The notes beneath the pieces are model-generated. The model worked only from the letters and a program-made list of their open reading frames with translations. It had not been told where the DNA came from and did no database searches. Made by a program: the position numbers and the translations under genes. A stretch of 64,000 nt of DNA from Acidimicrobiia bacterium. GTDB taxonomy: Bacteria > Actinomycetota > Acidimicrobiia > Spongiisociales > Spongiisociaceae. The DNA is taken from assembly GCA_041576165.1 (NCBI GenBank), contig JBFGLM010000009.1, forward strand, positions 50,441 to 114,440, given 5' to 3'. This document shows, piece by piece, positions 1-8,858 of the stretch (position 1 is its first letter; every line of letters begins with the position of its first letter).

Positions 1-183
1 CAGCTCAGCGGCCAGGGTGGCGGCCGCAGTGACGTGGCGGGCAGCGGCATCTTCCGCCGGCGGATGTTCACGCAGGTTGCGGAGCGTTTCGGCGGCGTCG
101 ATGAGCTGCTCGTCGTTCGGGTCTATTTCGAGTTCGGCCGCCAGCTCGTCGCGGCCGGTGCCGTTCCTTGAGTTCTCAGTCAT
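1..183 (-). CDS. 5' part of a probable anti-sigma/membrane partner of the ECF sigma factor (runs off the window)
   Basis: Open frame MTENSRNGTGRDELAAELEIDP... from ATG at 183 to the window edge, directly downstream of the ECF sigma gene. Confidence 0.55.
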   Translation of the reverse strand, partial: MTENSRNGTGRDELAAELEIDPNDEQLIDAAETLRNLREHPPAEDAAARHVTAAATLAAEL

Positions 184-208
184 ACATACGGGTAACCGTA
201 CGAACCGC

Positions 209-742
209 TCAGGGGGTTACTCCGAATGCTTGCGATCGCTCGCGCAGCCGCTGCAGTCCCCGACGCTGAGCCGCTTTGACCGCGTTCTCCTTTTTGCCGA
301 GGATCCGGGCCGTCTCGGCAATGCTCAGGTCGGCCACGATCCGCAGCAGCAGCACGTCACGTTGGTCGGGCGACAGCCGGGCCAGCAGGGATGCGATTTC
401 GTCTGTGACCAGCACCTCGATCGCCTCTTCCTCTGTGTCTCCGGTCACCACCACGTCGAGCGCAACGGATTCACGGTCTAGTTTGCGGCGGGCGTCGACG
501 ACCCGGTTGTGGGCCATCATGAACAACCACGACCGGAATGACGACTCGTCCCCAGTGAAACGGGCGAGGTTGCGGGCCAGATCGGCGAAGACGTCACCGA
601 CGACTCCGTCGGGATCGGCCACACCCTGACCGGCAGCGTAACCGCGGATCGGTCCCGCATATCGATCGTACAGTACCGACCAGGCGAACTCGTTGCCTGT
701 GATGGCGCGTTCTAGGAGCTGTTCGAATGTCGCCTGATGCAT
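209..742 (-). CDS. ECF-type RNA polymerase sigma-70 factor
   Basis: Region 2 (FRSWLFMMAHNRVVDARR) and region 4 HTH (LSPDQRDVLLLRIVADLSIAETARILGKKENAVKAAQRRGL). Start uncertain: 742, 751 or 769. Confidence 0.92.
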   Translation of the reverse strand: MHQATFEQLLERAITGNEFAWSVLYDRYAGPIRGYAAGQGVADPDGVVGDVFADLARNLARFTGDESSFRSWLFMMAHNRVVDARRKLDRESVALDVVVTGDTEEEAIEVLVTDEIASLLARLSPDQRDVLLLRIVADLSIAETARILGKKENAVKAAQRRGLQRLRERSQAFGVTP

Positions 743-901
743 CCCCGGCATCCGCCTGTGTGAGGTCATTGGTTACTCGCACGCTAGGCGTTCGAGGTTC
801 ACCGACTCCGGGACTTTGGTTTTTGCGGACGGCCCACCGGCTCATGAGAATGCGCTGGTCCGGTGCGGGACACCGGGCCCAATCCAGTTCCAGGAGCGTT
901 C

Positions 902-2485
902 ATGCGTCCCGTTGTTGTTGTCGCAGAGCAGATCGCCGAAGCGGGCCTCGACGCGCTGGAGGCGGTGGCCGACGTTCGGGTCGGGGTCGGGCTCGGCCGC
1001 GAAGAACTTCGGGGCCTGCTGGCCGACGCCGATGGATTGGTGGTCCGCTCGGGAACCCAGGTCGATCACGACTTGCTGGGCGCAGCACCCCGGCTGCGGG
1101 TTGTTGGCCGGGCCGGGGTAGGGGTGGACAACATCGACCTGGAGGCCGCCACGGCCGCCGGCGTGCTGGTTGTCAACGCCCCCCAGGCCAACATCGTGTC
1201 CGCAGCCGAGCACACCATGGCGCTGCTCCTGGCCCAGGCCCGCCACATCCCGGCGGCGGACGCTTCCATGCGAGCGGGCCGATGGGACCGCAAGGTATAT
1301 GTAGGTGTCGAGCTGACAGGCAAGACCCTCGGCGTGCTCGGGCTCGGCCGGATCGGCACACTCGTGTCGCAGCGGGCGTCGGCGTTCGGAATGCGAATTG
1401 TGGCGTACGACCCGTACGTGACCGCCCAGCGGGCGCGTCAGCTGGGTGTGGAGCTCGTCGAGACGCCCAATGAGCTGTTTGCCGCATCCGATTTCATCAC
1501 CGTTCATCTGCCCAGGACCACCGAAACCGAGGGTCTGGTCGGAGCTGATGCCTTCGCCAAGATGAAGGACGGTGTGCGAATCGTGAACGCCTCCCGGGGA
1601 GGGATCGTCGACGAAACTGCGCTGGTCGACGCGATTCAAACGGGGAAGGTCGGGGGTGCGGCGATCGACGTGTTCGCTGAGGAGCCCCCGAGCGGCAGCC
1701 TCCTTCTTTCGCTGCCCGAGGTGGTGCTGACCCCGCATCTGGGGGCGTCGACAGTCGAGGCCCAGCAGCGGGCCGGCGCGAATGTGGCTGAAGCGGTTGC
1801 GGCCGCCCTGCGCGGGGAGTTGGTGATGTCAGCCGTCAATGTGGATCTTGGGCCGGAGGTGGCTGACGACGTGCAGCCCTACTTGCCGTTGGTCGAACAC
1901 CTGGGTCGGGTGCTGGTGGCGCTGGGCGGCGGAGCTCCGCACGAGACGACGCTCACCGCCGGCGGCCGGCTGGCAGCGTTCGACACAAAAGCCCTGCACC
2001 TAGCCGCCCTGAAGGGAATCCTCGCCGGCATCCGCGAAGAGGCAATTTCGTACGTGAACGCAGCTGCCGTGGCGGCCGAGCACGGCATCATCGTCACCGG
2101 CCAGACCGATGAGGAAGCCGCCGAGTATGTGTCGACGGTACGACTCAGCGGAACAGCGGGCGGCAAGGAGATCTCGGTGGCGGGCACAGTCGGGCGGCGG
2201 GGACCAACGCTGATCGAGGTCCGCGGACTGAAGATCGAGCTTCCCGCCCACCAGCATCTCTTGCTGATCCGCAACGTCGACGTGCCGGGAGTGATCGGGC
2301 GGATCGGCACCTACATCGGTGATCTGGGAGTGAACATCCAAGACATGGTCGTCGGCCGTTCTGAGGTGACCGGGGAGGCGGCCATGATGGGGATCGGAAT
2401 CAACCGGCGGATGACGCCGGACGAGGTGGCCGGGTTGCGGGCACTGGATGGGGTCACCGGCGCGGAGTATGTGGGCCTGGAATAG
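902..2485 (+). CDS. serA: D-3-phosphoglycerate dehydrogenase (with ASB and ACT domains)
   Basis: RAGVGVDNID, GLGRIG Rossmann motif, NASRGGIVDE, TPHLGAST and C-terminal ACT (DVPGVIG). AGGAG SD precedes ATG 902. Confidence 0.96.
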   Translation: MRPVVVVAEQIAEAGLDALEAVADVRVGVGLGREELRGLLADADGLVVRSGTQVDHDLLGAAPRLRVVGRAGVGVDNIDLEAATAAGVLVVNAPQANIVSAAEHTMALLLAQARHIPAADASMRAGRWDRKVYVGVELTGKTLGVLGLGRIGTLVSQRASAFGMRIVAYDPYVTAQRARQLGVELVETPNELFAASDFITVHLPRTTETEGLVGADAFAKMKDGVRIVNASRGGIVDETALVDAIQTGKVGGAAIDVFAEEPPSGSLLLSLPEVVLTPHLGASTVEAQQRAGANVAEAVAAALRGELVMSAVNVDLGPEVADDVQPYLPLVEHLGRVLVALGGGAPHETTLTAGGRLAAFDTKALHLAALKGILAGIREEAISYVNAAAVAAEHGIIVTGQTDEEAAEYVSTVRLSGTAGGKEISVAGTVGRRGPTLIEVRGLKIELPAHQHLLLIRNVDVPGVIGRIGTYIGDLGVNIQDMVVGRSEVTGEAAMMGIGINRRMTPDEVAGLRALDGVTGAEYVGLE

Positions 2486-2499
2486 ACCGGTCGGCCGGG

Positions 2500-2952
2500 T
2501 CATCCCAGGAACCATTGCAGCAGCCAACCCAGCGCCAACCCCCAGCCGCCGGCGACCAGATCGTCGGCGGTGACACCAACGGCGCCGCCCAACCGCTCGG
2601 CGGCTGCAACTCCCGGCGCCGTCTTGGTGATGTCGGCGACCCGAAACACCACGAACGCCAGTGCCGCCCCGGCAGGCCCGAGACCGATGGTGGCCAGCAG
2701 TGTCCCGGCTGCCTCGTCCACCACCACCCAGCCCGGATCCCCCTCAGCGGCTGCGAAAGGACGGGTCGACCACAGCGACGCGATGGTGACGGCGACAGCG
2801 GCGGCCGCCTGGGCCCACCAGCCAACCTGTGCCAGACCCCAGACGAGCAGCAGCGTGGCAGCGGCGGCCAGGGTTCCGGAGCCCCCGTCGTCGCCGCGAA
2901 TTCGACGCAGGATCAGACCGGTTCCGAACCAAGATGCGATCACCCGTTGCAC
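2500..2952 (-). CDS. pgpA: Phosphatidylglycerophosphatase A family protein
   Basis: GSGTLAA, DPGWVVVDEAAG, FRVADITK and GVTADDLVAG motifs. GTG start at 2952. Confidence 0.85.
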   Translation of the reverse strand: MQRVIASWFGTGLILRRIRGDDGGSGTLAAAATLLLVWGLAQVGWWAQAAAAVAVTIASLWSTRPFAAAEGDPGWVVVDEAAGTLLATIGLGPAGAALAFVVFRVADITKTAPGVAAAERLGGAVGVTADDLVAGGWGLALGWLLQWFLG

Positions 2953-3033
2953 GCGTCCGAAGTTAGAGGATCCCGGTAGCAGTCGCCCGGCGGCAGCGTA
3001 TCCGCGATCTTTGGCGGTAGCCTGCGCGGTGAT

Positions 3034-4956
3034 ATGCGTCCCCAGGATCTCAGCCGGTTCCGCACCGTGGCCCGGCCCCACCTCCACCCCGACGGCCACC
3101 GGGTCTGTTTCGACGTCGCCCAGATCGACCTCGATGAGGACCGATATCTGCGCCGCGTGTGGTTGTGGGATGGCGAAGCCCGCCCGTTCACAGCCGGCCC
3201 GGGCGACTCGAATGCCAGGTGGTCGCCCGGTGGGAGCCGGCTCGCGTTTCTCCGCCAGCCGGGCAAGGACCCGGCTCAGCTGGCGGTGATGCCGGCCGAG
3301 GGCGGCGAGGCGGAAATCATCACCGACTTCTCGCTCGGCGTGAATGGCTTTGAATGGTCGCCCGGCTCGGACCGCATCGCGGTCGAAGCGACAACTTGGC
3401 TCTCCGACTGGGCCGAGCTCGATGACGAGGAGCGGGCGCGCAAGCCGCGCAGGGTCGAGCACGCTGTCTACCGGTTCGACAACCAGGGGTGGCGCCACGA
3501 CCGGCGAACCCAGGTGTGGCTGGTGGATCCCTCCGGAGGCGCCGAGCCGGAACGGCTCACCGACGGTGAGGCTGACGAAATCGCCCCGGTGTGGAGCCCC
3601 GACGGGACCCGGGTGGCGCTGCTCACCGTGCTCGACGACCCCAAACGGATGGCCCCCGGCACCGACATCCTCGAGGTCGAGCGGGCCAGCGGTGCGGTCA
3701 CGATCCGGCACCGCCAGGGCGGCTGGTCGGCGCTGGCGTACCGCCCCGACGACACGTTGCTGGCGGTAGGCGACGTCGACCCGATGGCGTATCCGAGCCT
3801 GTCGACCCTGTGGTCCATCGAGGCCGACGAGCCCCGCGACCGGACCGGCCACCTCGATCGTTCGATCTGGAGCTTTCTCCTGCCCCCGGAGATGGCTCGA
3901 CCGGTGTGGCTCGAGGACGGCTACCTCGTCGGCTGGGAGGACAGCGGCCGCCTAGGCGTTGTCCGCATGGACGCGGCTGGTGGCTGCGAGCCGGTGATCG
4001 AGGGCGATCGCTACGTCACGGGCTTCGCCGCCGCCGAAGACGGCTCCCGGATCGTTTTCACAGCCACCGACCCGACCAACCCGGGTGAGCTCTATGAGCT
4101 GACGGCGGAGGGGGAGCGTCCGCTGACCACCATGAACGACGAGTTCCGGGGCTCGGTACCCATGTACCGCCCGCACCATTTGCGGGTGACGTCGGACGGC
4201 GTCGACATCGACGTGTGGGTGGTGCTGCCGGACGGTGCGGAATCCGTCCCGGTCTTGCTCAACATTCATGGTGGGCCCGCCAGCCAATACGGCTTCTCGT
4301 TCTTCGACGAGTTCCAGGTGTATGCCGGGGCCGGTTTCGGGGTAGTGGCATGCAACCCCCGGGGCTCGTCCGGCCGCGGGTTGAAGTTCCTGCGAGCCGT
4401 GGTGGGGGAGGGGTGGGGTGAGGTCGATGTGGCCGACGTCGCCGCCGCACTGGAGGGAGCGCTGGCCGCCCATCCCCGGCTGGATGCAGCCCGGGTTGGG
4501 ATCATGGGTGGTTCATACGGCGGATTCCTCACCGCGTGGATGACGGGTCGCGACCATGGTTTCGCATCGGCGGTGGTCGAACGGGCCTTGATCAACTGGG
4601 AGTCGTTCGCCGGGACGTCCGATATTGCACCCCATTTCTCGGCCTGGTATCTGGGGGCAGTTCCCCCAGGAGGGCGGGACGTGCTGGGCGCGGTCAGCCC
4701 GTCCACGTATGCCGACCGCATCACCACCCCGACGCTCATCATCCATTCCGAGGAAGACTTCCGCTGCCCCATCGAGCAAGCCGAGCAGCTGTTCATGACG
4801 CTGCTGCGCAACGGCGTCGACGTGTCGTTGTTACGTTTTCCAGGCGAGAGCCACGAGCTCAGCCGCTCCGGCAAGCCGCGCCACCGGGTCGAGCGTTTCG
4901 ACGCGATCCTGGATTGGCACCGCCGCTATCTGGGGCCGGGGCCCGAATCCAGTTAG
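3034..4956 (+). CDS. S9 family peptidase (acylaminoacyl-peptidase-like, beta-propeller plus alpha/beta hydrolase)
   Basis: WSPDG repeats, IHGGP, GGSYGG nucleophile, DFRCP and ESHELSRSG. Confidence 0.93.
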   Translation: MRPQDLSRFRTVARPHLHPDGHRVCFDVAQIDLDEDRYLRRVWLWDGEARPFTAGPGDSNARWSPGGSRLAFLRQPGKDPAQLAVMPAEGGEAEIITDFSLGVNGFEWSPGSDRIAVEATTWLSDWAELDDEERARKPRRVEHAVYRFDNQGWRHDRRTQVWLVDPSGGAEPERLTDGEADEIAPVWSPDGTRVALLTVLDDPKRMAPGTDILEVERASGAVTIRHRQGGWSALAYRPDDTLLAVGDVDPMAYPSLSTLWSIEADEPRDRTGHLDRSIWSFLLPPEMARPVWLEDGYLVGWEDSGRLGVVRMDAAGGCEPVIEGDRYVTGFAAAEDGSRIVFTATDPTNPGELYELTAEGERPLTTMNDEFRGSVPMYRPHHLRVTSDGVDIDVWVVLPDGAESVPVLLNIHGGPASQYGFSFFDEFQVYAGAGFGVVACNPRGSSGRGLKFLRAVVGEGWGEVDVADVAAALEGALAAHPRLDAARVGIMGGSYGGFLTAWMTGRDHGFASAVVERALINWESFAGTSDIAPHFSAWYLGAVPPGGRDVLGAVSPSTYADRITTPTLIIHSEEDFRCPIEQAEQLFMTLLRNGVDVSLLRFPGESHELSRSGKPRHRVERFDAILDWHRRYLGPGPESS

Positions 4957-5021
4957 CGGCACGCGAATTGTCAGAAGGTTGAAACGACGGCAAACTCGAC
5001 GCGTCGCCGCGGAGGACCGCC

Positions 5022-5561
5022 ATCGGTCAGCAACCCAATATCGAACTCGACGGGTCCGATCTTCCCCGCATCGAGCCCGAACGGGCCGCGGAGCGCCGCT
5101 GGTCGCCGAACCGTCCCGGCGAGATCACGGCTCCCTCGGACATGCCCCAGAGCCCAGCCTTCGGCCGCCCGGGCCCGGACACCGGCTGGGCGCTGCGGCT
5201 GCTGCGGTTTGCGGACTATGACCGGATGGCAGCCGGTCCCCACGCCGACGATGTGTTGGTGGCGCTCATGTCGGCCCGGGCGTCCCGGCTGGGACGAGCT
5301 CCGACCAAGGAAGACGTGGAGGCGGCGCTCGTTCTTCTGGGCCTGCAACCCGATGGCCTCGAAGCCGAGACACTTCGAGTGCTCGCCGATCACCGGGCGG
5401 CATGGCTCCACGCCGCCGCTCATGAGTGGTCAAAGGGAACGGCGGCCCTCGAAGCCATCCCGACCGCGCTCCTGCTGGAGACGCCCATCCATCTGCGGAC
5501 TCGCCTCAACCAGAACCCGCGCCTGATCGGGTCCGGCCCGCTGGAAGGCCACCCGGTCTAG
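5022..5561 (+). CDS. Hypothetical protein, probably initiated at an ATC codon
   Basis: ORF 5142-5561 extends in frame to ATC 5022, 6 nt after a GGAGG SD at 5011-5015. In-frame TGA at 4980. Confidence 0.65.
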   Translation: MGQQPNIELDGSDLPRIEPERAAERRWSPNRPGEITAPSDMPQSPAFGRPGPDTGWALRLLRFADYDRMAAGPHADDVLVALMSARASRLGRAPTKEDVEAALVLLGLQPDGLEAETLRVLADHRAAWLHAAAHEWSKGTAALEAIPTALLLETPIHLRTRLNQNPRLIGSGPLEGHPV

Positions 5562-5646
5562 CCTGCCGCGTGGCTCGGCCGTAATCTCCGAGCCAAGGGC
5601 GTCCGAAGCTGGGCGCATGTCGACCACGAGCGTCGGATGGGTTGGG

Positions 5647-6408
5647 ATGAAGATCGTACGAGTACAGACCGAAGAAGGAATTCGCTACGGAGGAGTAGAG
5701 GAGGAGGGGATTCGCTTGCACGAGGGGACCCCTCTCGTCGCGTGGGAGCCCACCGAGGTGATCCTCGAGTTCGGTCACGTTCAACTCCTCGCCCCGATCT
5801 TTCCGACCAAGGTGGTGGCGCTCGGCCGTAACTACGAAGACCACGCGGCCGAGTTCAACAATCCAGTTCCGGAGCGCCCGATGATCTTCATCAAACCCAA
5901 TACGACGGTGATCGGACCCGACGCCCCGATCGTCATCCCGCCCGGATCGACCAACGTCCACTACGAAGGTGAGCTAGCGGTCGTCATCGGGACTCTGGCG
6001 AAACGGGTGGCGGCGGAGGACGTTCACAGCGTCATTCTCGGCTACACCATCGGCAACGACGTCACGGAACGGGACCATCAACAGCAGGACGGTCAGTTCA
6101 CCCGCGGGAAAGGCTATGACACCTTTTGCCCGCTGGGGCCGGCCATCGAAACCGAGTTCGATCCGCTCGAGCCCGTGTTCGTCGAGACCCGGCTCAACGG
6201 CGAATTGAAACAGAGCGCCTCGATTCAGGACATGGTGTTCGGTGTGGCCGAACAGATCGAGTTCATCTCGAACATCATGACGTTGCTGCCCGGCGATGTG
6301 ATCCTCACCGGCACCCCGTCAGGCGTCGGCCCGATGAAGCCGGGCGACGAAGTTGAAGTGTCGATCGACGGGATCGGGAGCCTCCGCAATCCCGTGGTGG
6401 CTACGTGA
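5647..6408 (+). CDS. Fumarylacetoacetate hydrolase family protein
   Basis: GRNYEDH, FIKP, HYEGELAVVIG, NDVTERD, KGYDTFCPLGP, LLPGDVILTGTP. This is the usual actinobacterial position upstream of gltX. Confidence 0.93.
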   Translation: MKIVRVQTEEGIRYGGVEEEGIRLHEGTPLVAWEPTEVILEFGHVQLLAPIFPTKVVALGRNYEDHAAEFNNPVPERPMIFIKPNTTVIGPDAPIVIPPGSTNVHYEGELAVVIGTLAKRVAAEDVHSVILGYTIGNDVTERDHQQQDGQFTRGKGYDTFCPLGPAIETEFDPLEPVFVETRLNGELKQSASIQDMVFGVAEQIEFISNIMTLLPGDVILTGTPSGVGPMKPGDEVEVSIDGIGSLRNPVVAT

Positions 6409-7871
6409 GCGTGCGACTGCGCATCGCGCCATCGCCGACCGGACTGCTCCACGTTGGGAACGCCCGCTCGGCCGTCTTCAACTGGCTCTACGCCCGGCGG
6501 ATGGGCGGCACCTTCATCGTGCGGGTGGACGACACCGACCGGTCGCGCAGCGAGCCGCAGTATGAGGACGACCTGCTGGCCGGCTTTCGCTGGTTGGGCC
6601 TGGACTGGGACGAGGGGGTGGAGGTTGGTGGTCTCCACGGCAGCTACCGGCAGAGTGATCGGATCGACCGGTACCGGGAGGTGGCCGAGAGCCTGATCGA
6701 GCGGGAGCTGGCCTATTACAGCTTCCGGCCCTCCGAGGAGCTGGAGGAGCTGCGGACCCGGGCACAGAAAGAGGGAAAACCCCCTGGTTTCTACATACGC
6801 GGCCCGGAGATGCCACTGGACGAGGCGCAGGAGCGGGTCGCAGCGGGCGAGGCCGCGGTCGTTCGCATGGCGATCCCCGACGAGCTGGTTGTCTTCGACG
6901 ATGTTGTGCGGGGCGACATGGAATTCACTCACGCCGCCATCGACGACTTCATCATCCTGCGCTCCGACGGGTCGCCCACATATCACCTCGCTTCTACGGT
7001 GGACGACGTCGACTACGAGATCACCCATGTCGCCCGGGGTGAGGACTTGCTCTCTTCGACCCCAAAACACATTGTCCTGACCGACGCGATGGGCGCCACC
7101 CGTCCCACGTACGCCCATCTCCCGCTGCTGTTCGGCCCGGACGGCAAGAAGCTGTCGAAGCGTCACGGCGACACGTCGGTGCGGGCCTACCGGGAACAGG
7201 GGATCCTGGCGGACGCGATGTTCAACTACATGAGCCTGCTGGGCTGGTCACTCGATCCCGAGAACGAGGTTTTCAGCCGGGAGGACGCGGTTGCGGCGTT
7301 CGACCTGGCCGATGTATCGAAGAGCCCGGCCGTGTTCGATCCGAAAAAGCTTCAATGGATGAACGGGCTGTACATTCGCAAGATGGCCGCGGCCGACTTC
7401 CAAGTGCGAGCCACCGCCGCATTGGAGGAGGATGTGGGCCGCGACCTGACCGCCGACGAGCGGGCCCAGCTGGCCGAGGTGGCGCCGCTCGCGCAGGAGC
7501 GGGTGGCGCTGCTCACCGAGATCGCCGACAGCGTGCGCTACCTGTTCGTCGACGACATCGAGACCGACGAGGCGGCCTGGGGAAAGACTATGAAAACGGA
7601 CGCACCGCGGGCAGTGGCGGCCGCCATTGCGGCCTTGGAGGCGCTCAAAGAGTGGTCGACGCCCGGGATCGAAGCGGCCTTGAAGGCCATGCTGGACACC
7701 GAGGAGCTGAACCCGCGCAAGGGCCTTCAGCCGTTGCGAGTTGCGATCTCGGGGTCGAACGTGTCGCTGCCCCTCTACGAGTCGATGCACGCCTTGGGCC
7801 GGGACCGCACGCTACAGCGGCTGCGGGCAGCGGGGGAGCGCCTGGCCAGCGAGGGCGCCGCCCGCGAGTGA
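6405..7871 (+). CDS. gltX: Glutamate--tRNA ligase
   Basis: APSPTG..HVGN (HIGH), RVDDTD, ITHVARGED, KLSKR (KMSKS) and anticodon domain. Confidence 0.97.
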   Translation: MSVRLRIAPSPTGLLHVGNARSAVFNWLYARRMGGTFIVRVDDTDRSRSEPQYEDDLLAGFRWLGLDWDEGVEVGGLHGSYRQSDRIDRYREVAESLIERELAYYSFRPSEELEELRTRAQKEGKPPGFYIRGPEMPLDEAQERVAAGEAAVVRMAIPDELVVFDDVVRGDMEFTHAAIDDFIILRSDGSPTYHLASTVDDVDYEITHVARGEDLLSSTPKHIVLTDAMGATRPTYAHLPLLFGPDGKKLSKRHGDTSVRAYREQGILADAMFNYMSLLGWSLDPENEVFSREDAVAAFDLADVSKSPAVFDPKKLQWMNGLYIRKMAAADFQVRATAALEEDVGRDLTADERAQLAEVAPLAQERVALLTEIADSVRYLFVDDIETDEAAWGKTMKTDAPRAVAAAIAALEALKEWSTPGIEAALKAMLDTEELNPRKGLQPLRVAISGSNVSLPLYESMHALGRDRTLQRLRAAGERLASEGAARE

Positions 7872-7925
7872 CGTTTGGTCGATGACGTAGTGGGGCGGGC
7901 ATCGGCCTAAGATCTGTCTGCTTCT

Positions 7926-7998
7926 GGCCCCGTCGTCCAGCGGCCTAGGACGCCGGCCTTTCAAGCCGGTAACGCGGGTTCGAATCCCGTCGGGGCTG
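7926..7998 (+). tRNA. tRNA-Glu (anticodon TTC), CCA not encoded
   Basis: Cloverleaf: acceptor GGCCCCG/CGGGGCT, anticodon arm CCGGC-CTTTCAA-GCCGG, T arm GCGGG-TTCGAAT-CCCGT. Confidence 0.97.
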
Positions 7999-8127
7999 CG
8001 AGGTTAAAACCCCTGGTCAGCGGGGGTCTCAGCTGGTCTGAGGCTCACCAGCCGCCACGGTTTGGGCCACGCCTGGGCGACGAACGGATTGCGCGATTGC
8101 TGTGCTCCTTCGGTTGATACTGGACGT

Positions 8128-8392
8128 TGTGGCTCCGGTAGGTGGGTTCCACTTTGTGGACGCGGTTCCGGTTGCTGGGCGACGGTGGCTCCGGTTCCTG
8201 GGTGACATCTGCTGGTTCCATGCTCCTCGGCTGGTCCGAGGAGGTCGTGTTGGTGGAGCTGGGTGTTGTGGAGCAGCGGTATCAGGCGGTGTTGAAGGTG
8301 TTGGCGGGGGCGTCGGTGACGGGGGTGGCTTGTCGGTATGGGGTTGCTCGTCAGACGGTGCACACGTGGCTGCGGCGGTATGCCGCCGGTGA
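8128..8392 (+). mobile_element. IS481-family left end plus truncated transposase N-terminus
   Basis: TGT start and three related ~24-bp repeats (8128, 8161, 8184), then VELGVVEQRYQAVLKVLAGASVTGVACRYGVARQTVHTWLRRYAAG (HTH) ending abruptly. Confidence 0.75.
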
Positions 8393-8790
8393 GCGAACTC
8401 GTGGTGCACCACGTTGTGGCCGCGTTCGGGATGGCGCGCCGCCGCCAGGGCGGCGTCCCAGGCGACCAGGACCGGCCCGTGGAGGAGGGCCTCACCGGAA
8501 AGCGCGGTCGGCGCGTGGCGTTCGATGCCGTCGCCGATGACGTGCCGGCCGCGGCGGATCACCGTGGACGGGTAGACGATGATCGCGCCCACGTCCCGGT
8601 ACCACTCGTGACCGAGCCCCAGCACCAGCAGCGAGGCCTCGGCGGCGATGGTGACCTTCACGTCCTCGCAGGCTTCGAACCCGGCGGCGGCCTCGAAGGT
8701 CTTCGTGGCCAGGAAGATGCGCACGAGGTCCTCGAGGCGGGATCGCTCGTCGGCGTTCAGTTCGTTCCACCAGCGCAGCCGGTCGGCAGT
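8389..8790 (-). pseudogene. MtfA/M90-family zinc peptidase fragment
   Basis: VTIAAEASLLVLGL, IIVYPS, GPVLVAW and GHNVVHHEFAH. Truncated right after HExxH by the IS481 relic; N-terminus missing. Confidence 0.75.
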
Positions 8791-8858
8791 GAGGCTGGCT
8801 CCATGCACCTGAACGGCGTGGGTCCTGAGCTTGGATGACCGCGACCCGGAGGGGGTGC

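Noticed and set aside
857-879. Hairpin in the serA leader as a riboswitch
   Set aside because: A single GC-rich stem with no recognisable aptamer consensus.
2500-3852. 450-aa minus-strand ORF
   Set aside because: Only the last 150 aa (PgpA) are real. The rest is antisense to the S9 peptidase.
8128-8207. Three ~24-bp repeats as a mini-CRISPR
   Set aside because: The repeats are degenerate with little or no spacer, no cas genes are present, and they lie next to an IS481 transposase start.
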